Origin: an uncultured cyanobacterium
GTDB taxonomy: Bacteria > Cyanobacteriota > Cyanobacteriia > PCC-6307 > Cyanobiaceae
DNA: 64,000 bases
Direction of reading: 5' to 3'
Assembly (NCBI GenBank): GCA_963697335.1
Contig: CAVONQ010000007.1
Coordinates: 64,001-128,000, forward strand
The stretch's first letter is position 1; the number at the start of each line of letters is the position of its first letter. The notes beneath the pieces are model-generated. The model did no database searches and was not told the origin of the DNA. It saw nothing but the letters and a program-made list of their open reading frames with translations. The position numbers were made by a program, and so were the translations under genes. Of this stretch, positions 55,025 through 64,000 are shown piece by piece.

Positions 55025-56343
55025 GCGCCGTTCTGCTGGTTGCCGACTCAGACAGCCAGATGCTGTACTGCGAGGCCCTGGCCCGGGGGCACCGCGCCGC
55101 CGGCCTTGAGCTCACCATCCACCTAATCCCCCGGGACGGCACCCCAGAGGCGGTGAAGGGGCGCATGGAACAGCTGGGAACGGTGCAACAGGGAAGCCTG
55201 GGCACGCTGCTGCAGGACCCAGGCCTCAGCCGCTTCGCGGCGATCGGCGTGTTCCTCACCGGCAGCAAGATCGCCGGCTTCCGCAGCGCCTACCTCCGCT
55301 CTCGTCAGCACGATCCCCAGCGCAGGGCCCTGCTCTTCTGCGGGTTCAACGGCGTGGTGCTGGAACGCTTCGAGGAGGCCCTCACCTGGCGCCTGGGCTA
55401 CGACCTGATCTGTCTCAACGGCCCGCGCGACCAGGCGCGCTTCGAGCGCTTCCTGCGACACACGCCCTTTCGGGCCCAGCGCGCGGTGCTCACCGGATTG
55501 CGGCGCACCAGGGTGGCGGAGGTCAGGCCCCTGGCCGAACGGCCCCGGCAGCTGGTGTTCGCGGAACAGGTGGCCATGCCCGCGAGCCTGGAGGAGCGGC
55601 GCCAGCTGGCCAGGCTGGTGGTGGACCTGGCCCATCGGTTCAGCGACTGGCAGGTGGTGCTGAAGCCTCGGGTGGCCCCCCATGAGGCCACGTTCCATGA
55701 GTTCTGCGAGCACATCACCACCACCCTCGAACAGGTGTGCCGTCGCCGTCCGGCCAACCTGGCGATCTCCTACGCCCCGCTGGCCGCGCTGCTGGCCGAC
55801 AGCCGCCTGTTCGCCACGCTGTCATCCACGGCGTTGTTCGATGCCCTCGACCATGGCTGCTCAGCGCTGGTGATGGGCGACTTCGGCCTGCGCCCCGACC
55901 TGGGCAGCGACTTCTTCGGGGGCTCAGGACTGGTTCGCAATCTGGCAGGCATCGACGACCTCGACGCCCTGGTGGGACTGCAGGGAAATCCGGCCTGGCT
56001 CCATTGGGTGGGGTACGACGGGGCCTGCAACCCCAGCCAGCTGTTCGACGCCATCAAGCGGCATGGGCTGCAGCAGGACGGTGCCCCAGCTCAAGACCCA
56101 CTGGAGCTGGAGCATCGGGGCTACGTGGTGAATTCCGCCGACCTCTCCAGCAACCAGCTGCGGCTCGCTGCGGAAGCGGCCATCGCGGCTCACGACTACG
56201 CCGAGGCGGGGCAACTGCTGGAGATGGCGGCCCTGCAGCGGCCTCACAATGGCAACATCCAGCGCAGACTGAAGGCGGTGCGTTGCCCCAGTCATCTCGG
56301 GCGGCGCCTGCTGCTGCTGGCCAGCCCCAGGTTCAACCTGTAA
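55021..56343 (+). CDS. Putative glycosyltransferase (DUF6716-like), copy 3, with TPR-like tail
   Basis: VADSDSQ, DLICLNG, VFAEQ, LKPR, LSSTALFDA, FGGSGL. Confidence 0.7.
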   Translation: MSAVLLVADSDSQMLYCEALARGHRAAGLELTIHLIPRDGTPEAVKGRMEQLGTVQQGSLGTLLQDPGLSRFAAIGVFLTGSKIAGFRSAYLRSRQHDPQRRALLFCGFNGVVLERFEEALTWRLGYDLICLNGPRDQARFERFLRHTPFRAQRAVLTGLRRTRVAEVRPLAERPRQLVFAEQVAMPASLEERRQLARLVVDLAHRFSDWQVVLKPRVAPHEATFHEFCEHITTTLEQVCRRRPANLAISYAPLAALLADSRLFATLSSTALFDALDHGCSALVMGDFGLRPDLGSDFFGGSGLVRNLAGIDDLDALVGLQGNPAWLHWVGYDGACNPSQLFDAIKRHGLQQDGAPAQDPLELEHRGYVVNSADLSSNQLRLAAEAAIAAHDYAEAGQLLEMAALQRPHNGNIQRRLKAVRCPSHLGRRLLLLASPRFNL

Positions 56344-56522
56344 GCTGGCCGCGGCGATGGAGATTACACACTGTTCACCTACAAAGCGGACTAAGGCCCT
56401 CCAGCTGAGTTAGCCCACAGGGATGACAACCTGCGTTGACCAATGGGGCAAACAAAATGGCTTTGCTAACTGGGATTCCAAAACGCTTCAATCGTCGATG
56501 CTGTTGTTAGAGGGGCAAGGCC

Positions 56523-58847
56523 ATGCAGATCGAGCGCAATTTCACTCAGTTTGTGGTCTTCGCCGAAGACACTGTCCTGGCGGCCTTATCCAAAATCACA
56601 GCCAATAAGTCACGGCTGATTTTTGTCGTCTCGGAAAGTGGCATTCTTCAGGGCGTGCTCAGCGACGGTGACTTTCGACGCTGGGTGGCGAACTGCAGCC
56701 CGATCGATCTGAACGCCCCGGTGACGCGGGCCATGAATCCCCAGTGCCGCACCGGAAGGGTCGGCATGAGCCCAGCCGATCTGGCGCCCCTGTTCAGCCC
56801 CCAGATCCAGCTGGTGCCGCTGCTCGATAGCCACGGACGCATCGCCGCCGTGGCCATTGAAGGAGCCCGGGAACTGCGGATTGCAGGGCGTTTGATCGGT
56901 GATGGCCGTGCAAGCTTCTTGATTGCGGAAATTGGCAATAACCACAACGGCTGCTTCGATCTGGCCCTGAAGCTGATCGATGCAGCGGCAGCAGCAGGCG
57001 TGGACTGCGCCAAGTTCCAGATGCGAGAGATGAAGAATCTCTATGTCAATGCCGGAGACAGCAATGACATGGCCTCTGATCTGGGCACTCAGTACACCCT
57101 CGATCTGCTGGAGCGGTTCCAGTTGACGGACGACGAGCTCTACCGCTGCTTTGACTACACCGCCCGCAAGGGCATGATCCCCCTGTGTACACCGTGGGAT
57201 GTCAGCAGCCTCGAAAAGTTGCAGCGCTGGGGTATGGAGGCCTTCAAGGTGGCCTCGGCAGACTTCACCAATCACGCCCTGCTCACGGCCATCGCCGCCA
57301 CGGGCAAGCCGCTGGTCTGCTCCACCGGCATGGCCACGGAGCTGGAGATCAAGAGCGGCATTCGACACCTGCGCCAACAAGGGGCTCCGTTTGTCCTGCT
57401 GCACTGCAATTCCACCTATCCCACTCCCTACAAGGATGTGAATCTGCGCTACCTCGCCCGCCTGCGAGAACTGTCCGGCGGCCCGGTGGGCTATTCGGGC
57501 CACGAGCGCGGCATTGAGGTGCCCATCGCCGCTGTGGCCCTAGGGGCCACGGTGGTCGAAAAACACATCACCCTTGATCCTGGCATGGAGGGAAACGACC
57601 ACAAGGTGAGCCTGCTGCCGGAGGAGTTTCGAAGGATGGTCGAGGCTATTCGAGCCGTGGAAGACTCCATGGGCAGCGATGCTGAGCGCGCCATCAGCCA
57701 GGGAGAGCTGATGAACCGCGAAGTGTTGGCGAAAAGTCTCGTGGCAGCCTGCCCGATCCCGCGTGGCACTGTGATCGAGAACTCCATGGTGCGGGTTCAG
57801 AGCCCCGGCCAAGGGCTGCAGCCGTACCGTCTCAATGATCTGCTGGGGCACACGCTGAGCAGCGACAAGAATCCCGGCGACTTCTTCTTTGAATCTGATC
57901 TCGGGGAGGATGGAGTCCAGGCACGTCATTATCACTTCAGCAATCCATTTGGAGTGCCAGTTCGCTATCATGATCTTGAATTATTCAGCAAGGCCAGCAA
58001 TCTCGATCTGGTGGAGATTCACCTGAGCTACAAAGACTTAGAAATCCCCACTGCCAAAGCCATTCCGAACCGCATTCCCTTGGGACTCGTGGTTCATGCC
58101 CCTGAATTGTTCGCCGGAGATCACACCCTGGATCTCTGCAGCATTGACAGCGACTACAGACAGCATTCGATCCAGCAACTACAAAGGGTGCTGGACCTAG
58201 CGAAGGTCTTACGCGAGCACTTCAAGTGTCCCGAAGACGTGTTGCTGGTGACCAACATGGGTGGGTTTTCAGCCCATCAACACTTGTTGCCAGAAGCGAA
58301 GCAGCCGATGATGGATGCACTTGAAGCCAGTCTGTCAGCCCTGCGCTGTGATGGTGTGGAAATCATCCCGCAGACCATGCCACCTTTCCCATGGCATTTC
58401 GGGGGGCAACGGTTCCACAACTTGTTTGTTGATCCCGACTTTATCGAGTCGTTCTGCAAGGAGCATCACTATCGTGTCTGCCTGGATGTCTCCCACTCGA
58501 AACTGGCCTGCAACCACCTTGGCCAATCGTTTCATGGTTTCCTCGAAAGGATTCTCCCCTTCACTGCCCACCTGCATCTGGCCGATGCCAGTGGCGTGGA
58601 TGGGGAAGGCCTGCAAATCGACGAAGGTGAAATCGACTGGCCTTTACTGTTTCGGATGCTGCGGCACCACGCCCCCACGGCCTCGTTCATCCCCGAGATC
58701 TGGCAAGGCCACAAGAACCAGGGGGAGGGAGCCTGGCGTGCACTTGAGCGACTTGAACGCCATGACCAGCCCAAGAGCTCCATGGCGGTCTCCAGTCCGT
58801 CCGCAGTGGAGAGCGCGCGTGGTTTCCGGGCTTCCCTGATCAACTGA
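56523..58847 (+). CDS. neuB: Nonulosonate synthase with CBS, NeuB, SAF and xylose-isomerase-like TIM-barrel domains
   Basis: SDGDFRRW; IAEIGNNHNG, KVASAD, HCNSTYP, GYSGHERG, EKHITLD; PPFPWHFGG, CLDVSH, HLHLADA, PEIWQGH. Confidence 0.92.
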   Translation: MQIERNFTQFVVFAEDTVLAALSKITANKSRLIFVVSESGILQGVLSDGDFRRWVANCSPIDLNAPVTRAMNPQCRTGRVGMSPADLAPLFSPQIQLVPLLDSHGRIAAVAIEGARELRIAGRLIGDGRASFLIAEIGNNHNGCFDLALKLIDAAAAAGVDCAKFQMREMKNLYVNAGDSNDMASDLGTQYTLDLLERFQLTDDELYRCFDYTARKGMIPLCTPWDVSSLEKLQRWGMEAFKVASADFTNHALLTAIAATGKPLVCSTGMATELEIKSGIRHLRQQGAPFVLLHCNSTYPTPYKDVNLRYLARLRELSGGPVGYSGHERGIEVPIAAVALGATVVEKHITLDPGMEGNDHKVSLLPEEFRRMVEAIRAVEDSMGSDAERAISQGELMNREVLAKSLVAACPIPRGTVIENSMVRVQSPGQGLQPYRLNDLLGHTLSSDKNPGDFFFESDLGEDGVQARHYHFSNPFGVPVRYHDLELFSKASNLDLVEIHLSYKDLEIPTAKAIPNRIPLGLVVHAPELFAGDHTLDLCSIDSDYRQHSIQQLQRVLDLAKVLREHFKCPEDVLLVTNMGGFSAHQHLLPEAKQPMMDALEASLSALRCDGVEIIPQTMPPFPWHFGGQRFHNLFVDPDFIESFCKEHHYRVCLDVSHSKLACNHLGQSFHGFLERILPFTAHLHLADASGVDGEGLQIDEGEIDWPLLFRMLRHHAPTASFIPEIWQGHKNQGEGAWRALERLERHDQPKSSMAVSSPSAVESARGFRASLIN

Positions 58848-59719
58848 TGCCGCATCACTCCGTACTGCGGGCTGGATCCAGCGCGGCCGCCGAACCTGAC
58901 ATGGAGGCGGTGCTCGCAGCAATCACCAGGGGGCTGGATGGCGCCGACCACGACGCTGTGGCCAGGATTCCAGCCAACACACTTCCCAACTTCATCGTGA
59001 TTGGGGCAGCCAAGTCAGCCACCACCACGCTGACCCGGGTGTTGGGCAGACATCCAGACATCTTCATGGCCAAGCCCAAGGAACCGAAGTTTTTCGGCAG
59101 ACGTTACGACAAGGGCTGGAACTGGTACGCCAAGCTCTTCCAGGACGGTGCCCAGGCCAGGTTACGCGGAGAAGGCAGCACGATGTACAGCAGCACCCTG
59201 CCCAGTTTTGAACACACAGCCGCCTTGATGCATAGGTATCTGCCAGAAACCAAGATCATCTATATGACCAGGCATCCCCTAGACCGGCTGGTGTCACAGT
59301 GGCGTCACATCAAAGGAAAGCATCCCGGCACAAGTGACTTTTCCGAGTTACTGAAGACATCAAGACTGCAGCATTTACTACTGGGTTGTTCCATGTATTA
59401 TGAGCGCATCAGCAGTTTCAGAAGCGTCTTCCATGATCAACAGATTCTGTGCCTGACTTTTGAAGATCTCCTGGCTTCACCCCAGCAGACACTACAAGTC
59501 GTGCTTGACTTTTTAGGACTTTCAACCGAGCCACGACAACTCCTCAACGAAGGAACCCACTTGCCGTTGGTCAACGAAGCAGGGCAGCAGGGCCGCCGCT
59601 ACGTTGAAAAGCCTGAGTGGCCTTGGCTGATGAAGTGGCGTGTGACCCAGCGCCTGAAGGCGGACACAAGGCAATTCCTGAGCTACATCGGCAAGCCAGC
59701 CGACTTCTGGAAACTATGA
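58847..59719 (+). CDS. PAPS-dependent sulfotransferase
   Basis: IGAAKSATTTL, KEPKFF, RHPLDRLVS. Confidence 0.88.
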   Translation: MPHHSVLRAGSSAAAEPDMEAVLAAITRGLDGADHDAVARIPANTLPNFIVIGAAKSATTTLTRVLGRHPDIFMAKPKEPKFFGRRYDKGWNWYAKLFQDGAQARLRGEGSTMYSSTLPSFEHTAALMHRYLPETKIIYMTRHPLDRLVSQWRHIKGKHPGTSDFSELLKTSRLQHLLLGCSMYYERISSFRSVFHDQQILCLTFEDLLASPQQTLQVVLDFLGLSTEPRQLLNEGTHLPLVNEAGQQGRRYVEKPEWPWLMKWRVTQRLKADTRQFLSYIGKPADFWKL

Positions 59720-59763
59720 TCACGTGCTGCCTGCCCGGCCGGCTGGCTCTCCAGATCTGAATC

Positions 59764-60876
59764 ATGCCACCAACCCTGAACCTGATTCGCACCGCCACCA
59801 AACGCCATCCCTCATGGTGGGGGAAGGCTTCGGTCGGGCAGCCGAGTCAAATCATCGTTGAGAGCGATGCTTTGGTGCTGGACATCAGTCGTCACCAGCA
59901 TAATTTCAAACGTTGGTGGCTGAATATGAGTCATGGCGCCGTGAACGAACATGGCGAGCTGATCCATGCATTAAACGACAAACGCGGTGAACGGCACTTC
60001 TACTATCCACAGGAAGATCGCCTTCAGGAGGTCAGGCAAGGTCGCGGTGTGGGAGCCGAGGTCATGGATAAAGAGCTGGTGCTCTATGGCGGCACCCTGT
60101 TTGACCATTTCGGGCATTTGTTACTTGATCTGACCCGTACCTATCAGTTATTGCGCTTATTTCGAGATCTCGATGCCCCCATCTGGTTTCACTACCACCG
60201 GCTGCGGAAGGGAGGCACCCTGGCAGATCGCCCCTTGATCACCAACTGGCTCGACTGCCTCGGCATTCGCGAGCGGGCCCGGTTGGTGCGCCGACCGATC
60301 AGAGCCAAAACACTGGTATCGAGCAGTGTGCTCTACAGGGACCGTTGCTTTGTCAGCAGCGACTTTCACCACGCTTGCCTTGCTGCCCTGAGCCCCCAGT
60401 TGCGCGACAAGCTGGCCCAAACACCTCGCAAGCAGAAGATCGCCTACCTATCAAGGCACCGACTGAGTACAGGTACAACCAAGTTCATGGGGGAAGCTGA
60501 TGTTGTTGAACGCATCGGCAGACTACGTGAAGTCGATATCATCTGCCCTGAAGAGCTGAGCTTTGAACAAAAACTGACCCTCTACCGTGAGTACGAGTGG
60601 GTGATCGGATTTCCCCAGGCCTGCATGAATCTGAAAGTGTTTGTGCCCGACACGCAAGGCCATCCCCCTGCCCGACAGATCATGTTCCTGGCAGGGCCAA
60701 AAACACTGAGCACAAACTGGGTGAACATTGATGCTGCATGTAAGTTCGAAGACTTTTACGTAGACTGCCATCCCGACACATCCACGCGTCTTCAGGCCGA
60801 CGATGGCTTTCAGCGAAGCAATAGCTTCAACGTGGACACAGTTGTGCAGGCCATCGAACAGCTAGTCGCCGGCTAG
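59764..60876 (+). CDS. Glycosyltransferase family 61-like protein
   Basis: HFGHLLLD, AYLSR, PEELSFEQK. Confidence 0.7.
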   Translation: MPPTLNLIRTATKRHPSWWGKASVGQPSQIIVESDALVLDISRHQHNFKRWWLNMSHGAVNEHGELIHALNDKRGERHFYYPQEDRLQEVRQGRGVGAEVMDKELVLYGGTLFDHFGHLLLDLTRTYQLLRLFRDLDAPIWFHYHRLRKGGTLADRPLITNWLDCLGIRERARLVRRPIRAKTLVSSSVLYRDRCFVSSDFHHACLAALSPQLRDKLAQTPRKQKIAYLSRHRLSTGTTKFMGEADVVERIGRLREVDIICPEELSFEQKLTLYREYEWVIGFPQACMNLKVFVPDTQGHPPARQIMFLAGPKTLSTNWVNIDAACKFEDFYVDCHPDTSTRLQADDGFQRSNSFNVDTVVQAIEQLVAG

Positions 60877-60892
60877 CCGCCTATGCAAACCC

Positions 60893-61526
60893 ATGATCTC
60901 TCACCAACATCGTTGTATTTTTATTCATATTCCTCGCACCGCTGGAACAAGCATTGAATCATGGCTGGAGCCCACCCCACAGTGGCTAAAGAGCCCCAAA
61001 GAGAAACATCTAACGGCTATTCAAGCGAAAACACTATATTCCGAGTTTTGGAACGACTACTTCAAGTTCACCATTGTTCGACATCCATACTCCAGGTCTC
61101 TCTCACTTCTTTCTCGATTTAGTCACGTTTTATGGAGTGCGTGTGAAGAATCAGTCTCTTCACTTTGGCCGCTACAAGCAAAAGTTTGGATCTCCGATTA
61201 CGATTGAGCATGACTCTCGCTTCTATGCACATTCAGACCTGCTCGCGCTGGAGCCCAGTTGCGCACATCCCTATCATCCCCACTGCGTGTATGGCAATAT
61301 GCTCACAGAAGAACTTGATGCCATCTATAGGTTTGAGGATCTGCCTAACGCTGTCAGCGATCTCGCCGCCAAGCTTTCTCTGCCATGCCCAACTCTGGAG
61401 CAGAAAGTGGCCGCCAAGCGCGGAGTTGATCCAGGCCTCAAGGATGATAAGCGGTCATTAGAGCGGATCAACAAACTCTACTGGCTTGATTTTCAAAACT
61501 ACGATTATGCGATGATCACTCCATGA
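60893..61526 (+). pseudogene. Sulfotransferase family 2 protein, frameshifted near 61100
   Basis: FIHIPRTAGTSI, VRHPYSR..S; continues in the +1 frame with RFEDL...YWLDFQNYDY. Confidence 0.8.
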
Positions 61527-61668
61527 CAAGGCCAGCACGACATGGACGTCGGCGCGAGAGTTGAGTCCACCATTATATTCTGAGCGCAGCCTCGCCGTCA
61601 GGCCGATGTAGTCTTGGGGTTTGGTGACCCTGCATTCTAGAGTCTCTCAACAGTCTGGGATACGCGTG

Positions 61669-62410
61669 ATGCTGGTGGTGGTTTGTGGGATGCACCGATC
61701 AGGTTCAACCTTGGTGGCTCAGTTGGCCAAAGGCCTGCTAAGCAGCATCGGTGAGATCACGGTCAGCAGCAATGGTCTCGGCAGTTCGGTGGAGGAGATG
61801 CATGCCCGGGCCAGCGATCCAAACCACACCTGGCTTGCCAAGGTTCATATCCCACGACGGGTACTGCGGCGTGCCTTGCCCGACGAAGGTGCTCGCTACC
61901 TCTACACCTACCGCGATGTCCGGGATGCCTTGGCTTCGGCCTGGCGCAAGAATCGCTTCCTGTTTGGCAGCGAGGAGCGAGGCCCAACGATTGCAGCACA
62001 GTTCGTACGCGAGGAGATCGAAATCGGGGCCGTGTTCGAAGATCGCCGTCATTGCTGGATCGGGCGCTACGAAGTCATCGTCAATGACATCCCAAGCCTC
62101 GTGAATGATCTGGAACGCTTTCTGAACGTTTCGGCCTCCAACGCACTCAAACAGGAGTTGGTGGAAGAGGCTTCCCCAGAGAAGCAGACGGCAGCGCTCC
62201 AGGCTTGTGAGCACGGGCGATCGTTCGGTGCGGCTGGACACGTTCATCACCACCAATCACATCACCGATGGGCGTTTTGGTGCCTGGAAAGAAACCCTCT
62301 CCGTGGAGGAAGCCATCGCCTCCGAACAGGCTGCCCGCGACTGGTTGCGCCACAAGGACTATCCCCTGTGCTTTCGCAAGGCCATGTACATCGATCAACC
62401 CCAGGGCTAA
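61669..62410 (+). pseudogene. Sulfotransferase, frameshifted near 62188
   Basis: CGMHRSGSTL, YRDVRDALAS, RYE; C-terminal NHITDGRFGAWKETL lies in the +1 frame. Confidence 0.8.
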
Positions 62411-62464
62411 ACACTTTCATGGGACAACCGGCTCACTTGAGAGCTGGCTTGAAGCCCCGCACCC

Positions 62465-63704
62465 TCAGAGGCGCTCAAGGGTAGGGATCGCCCGATAAAA
62501 CAGCATCTCCGGGTGGGCCTGAAAACTGGCCTTCACCTCAGCCGCCAGGTTCCAGGGCAACACCAGCACCTGCCTCGGCTCCAGTGCCAGCCACTGCTCC
62601 GGTGAGACCACAGGGATGTGGCTGCCAGGCAGAAAGCGACCGATCTTGCTGGCAGCCTTGTCCGCCACCACAGGCAGGAGGTCAGCCCGCACGCCGGCGT
62701 AGTTCAGCAGGGTGTTGCCCTTGGCCGCCGCTCCGTAGCCCAGCACCGACGCGCCCTGTTGCCGGGCCTCCAGCAGAAACCTCAGCAGGGCATGCTTGGC
62801 CACCTCGGCCCGCTGCTGGAAGCCCCGAAACGCCTCCATAGACCAGAGCCCTGCCTCAGCCTCAGCGGCGAGCACAGCGGCAAGCCTGGCCTGGGCTGAA
62901 GCAGGCGGCTGCAAGATCCGCTTCGCGGCGGGCCAGCCAGACCCTGAGGCTGCCGCCGTGGGTTGGGAGCCTCTCCACGTCCATCAGCTGGAGGCCCGCA
63001 TGCTCGGCCATTCGCTGCAGGGTGGCCAGGCCGATGTAGCTGTAGTGCTCGTGATAGATGGTGTCGAACTGGTTGCCCCGCAGCAGCTCCAGCAGATGCG
63101 GGAACTCGATCGACACCTGGCCACTGGGCTTCAGCAGGATGGACATGCCGGCCAGAAAGTCATTGATGTCAGGCACGTGGGCCAACACGTTGTTGGCCAC
63201 GATCAGATCGGCCCGACGCCCCTCGGATCCCAGTTCCTCGGCCAGGCTGACGCCGAAAAACCGCTCGATCGTGGCGATTCCCTTCTGCCGCGCCGCCTCT
63301 GCGGTGGCCGCCGTGGGCTCAATCCCCAGGCAGGGAATGCCTCGCTCCTGCACGTACTGGAGGAGGTAACCGTCGTTGCTGGCCAGCTCCACCACCAGGC
63401 TCTCAACCCCGAGGCCAAGGCGCTCGCAGGCAGTCGCCACAAAGTGCTCGGCATGCTCGCACCAACTTGTTGAGGTGCTGGAGAAATAGGCGTAGTCAGC
63501 GGTGAACAGCTGAGCGGCCGCCGCGTGGGCCGGCACCTGCACCAGCCAGCAACTGGTGCACACCGACACCTTCAGCGGATAGGTGATCTCTGGCTGCAGC
63601 AGTTGCTCGGCCGTGAGGTAGGCGTTGCTGGGGGGCTGATGGCCCAGGTCGATCACCTCCTGCTCCAGCGGCGCTTGGCAGTGACGGCAGCGGTGCTGGA
63701 TCAC
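62465..63704 (-). pseudogene. NDP-sugar C-methyltransferase-family protein, frameshifted near 62915
   Basis: CRHC/CTSC zinc site, ASNDG, NVLAH, IYHEH, THGGSLR; C-terminus GYGAAAKGNT, PWN in the +1 frame. Confidence 0.88.
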
Positions 63705-63722
63705 GGGACGGGAACAAACGAT

Positions 63723-64000
63723 TCAGAGGTCGGCAAGGCGCGGAAGCTGCTGGTCGCGGCGGCTGAGATCCACCACTGGCAGAGGCCAGGCGATGCCAAG
63801 GTCTGGATCATTCCACACCACTCCCACCTGGTCGGCGGGCCGATAGGGAGCGGAATGCACGTAGAGGAGCTCGCTGCCAGCCTCCAGCACCTGAAAGCCG
63901 TGCAGACAGCCCTCGGGGATCAACCAGGCATTGCCCACCTCGGCGCTCAGTTCCAGGGCCAGCCACTGGCCCTGGGTGGGGGAACCCTGGCGCCCATCGA
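63723..64000 (-). CDS. rfbC: dTDP-4-dehydrorhamnose 3,5-epimerase family, C-terminal part
   Basis: IPEGCLHGFQVL, WNDPDLGIAWP, LSRRD; runs off window end. Confidence 0.9.
   Translation of the reverse strand, partial: DGRQGSPTQGQWLALELSAEVGNAWLIPEGCLHGFQVLEAGSELLYVHSAPYRPADQVGVVWNDPDLGIAWPLPVVDLSRRDQQLPRLADL

Overview
High-GC picocyanobacterial chromosome, most like freshwater/brackish Cyanobium/Synechococcus (inferred from apcE-apcABC, psrp-3, PII with the RYRGSEF loop, and gene order). The backbone is core genome: groEL(partial)-groES with CIRCE and K-box, atpD-atpC, psrp-3, HAD hydrolase, pepP, CNNM, GTPase, nadD-nadE-ald-rlmH, ferredoxin, the atpI-B-E-F2-F-H-A-G operon, apcE-A-B-C, ftsW, ccdA-ccs1, queF, glnB, tlyA, purB. 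Two accessory blocks stand out. (1) 3334-12370: a Ser/Thr phospho-signalling cluster with a TerY-like vWA, kinase and membrane-anchored PP2C triad, an FHA membrane protein, a divergent FHA-fused class A penicillin-binding protein and a rhomboid-like pseudoprotease. Its first and last genes share an unrecognised ~100-aa helical N-terminal domain. (2) 43262-64000: a capsule locus with a KpsS-acyltransferase fusion next to its own ACP, FabF and OlsB-like GNAT acyltransferase, plus KpsC, NeuA, a four-domain NeuB, three related putative glycosyltransferases, three sulfotransferases, a GT61-like enzyme, a sugar C-methyltransferase and rfbC. Five accessory genes are interrupted, each by a +1 frame change. 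All assignments come from motif reading by eye; no database searches were run.
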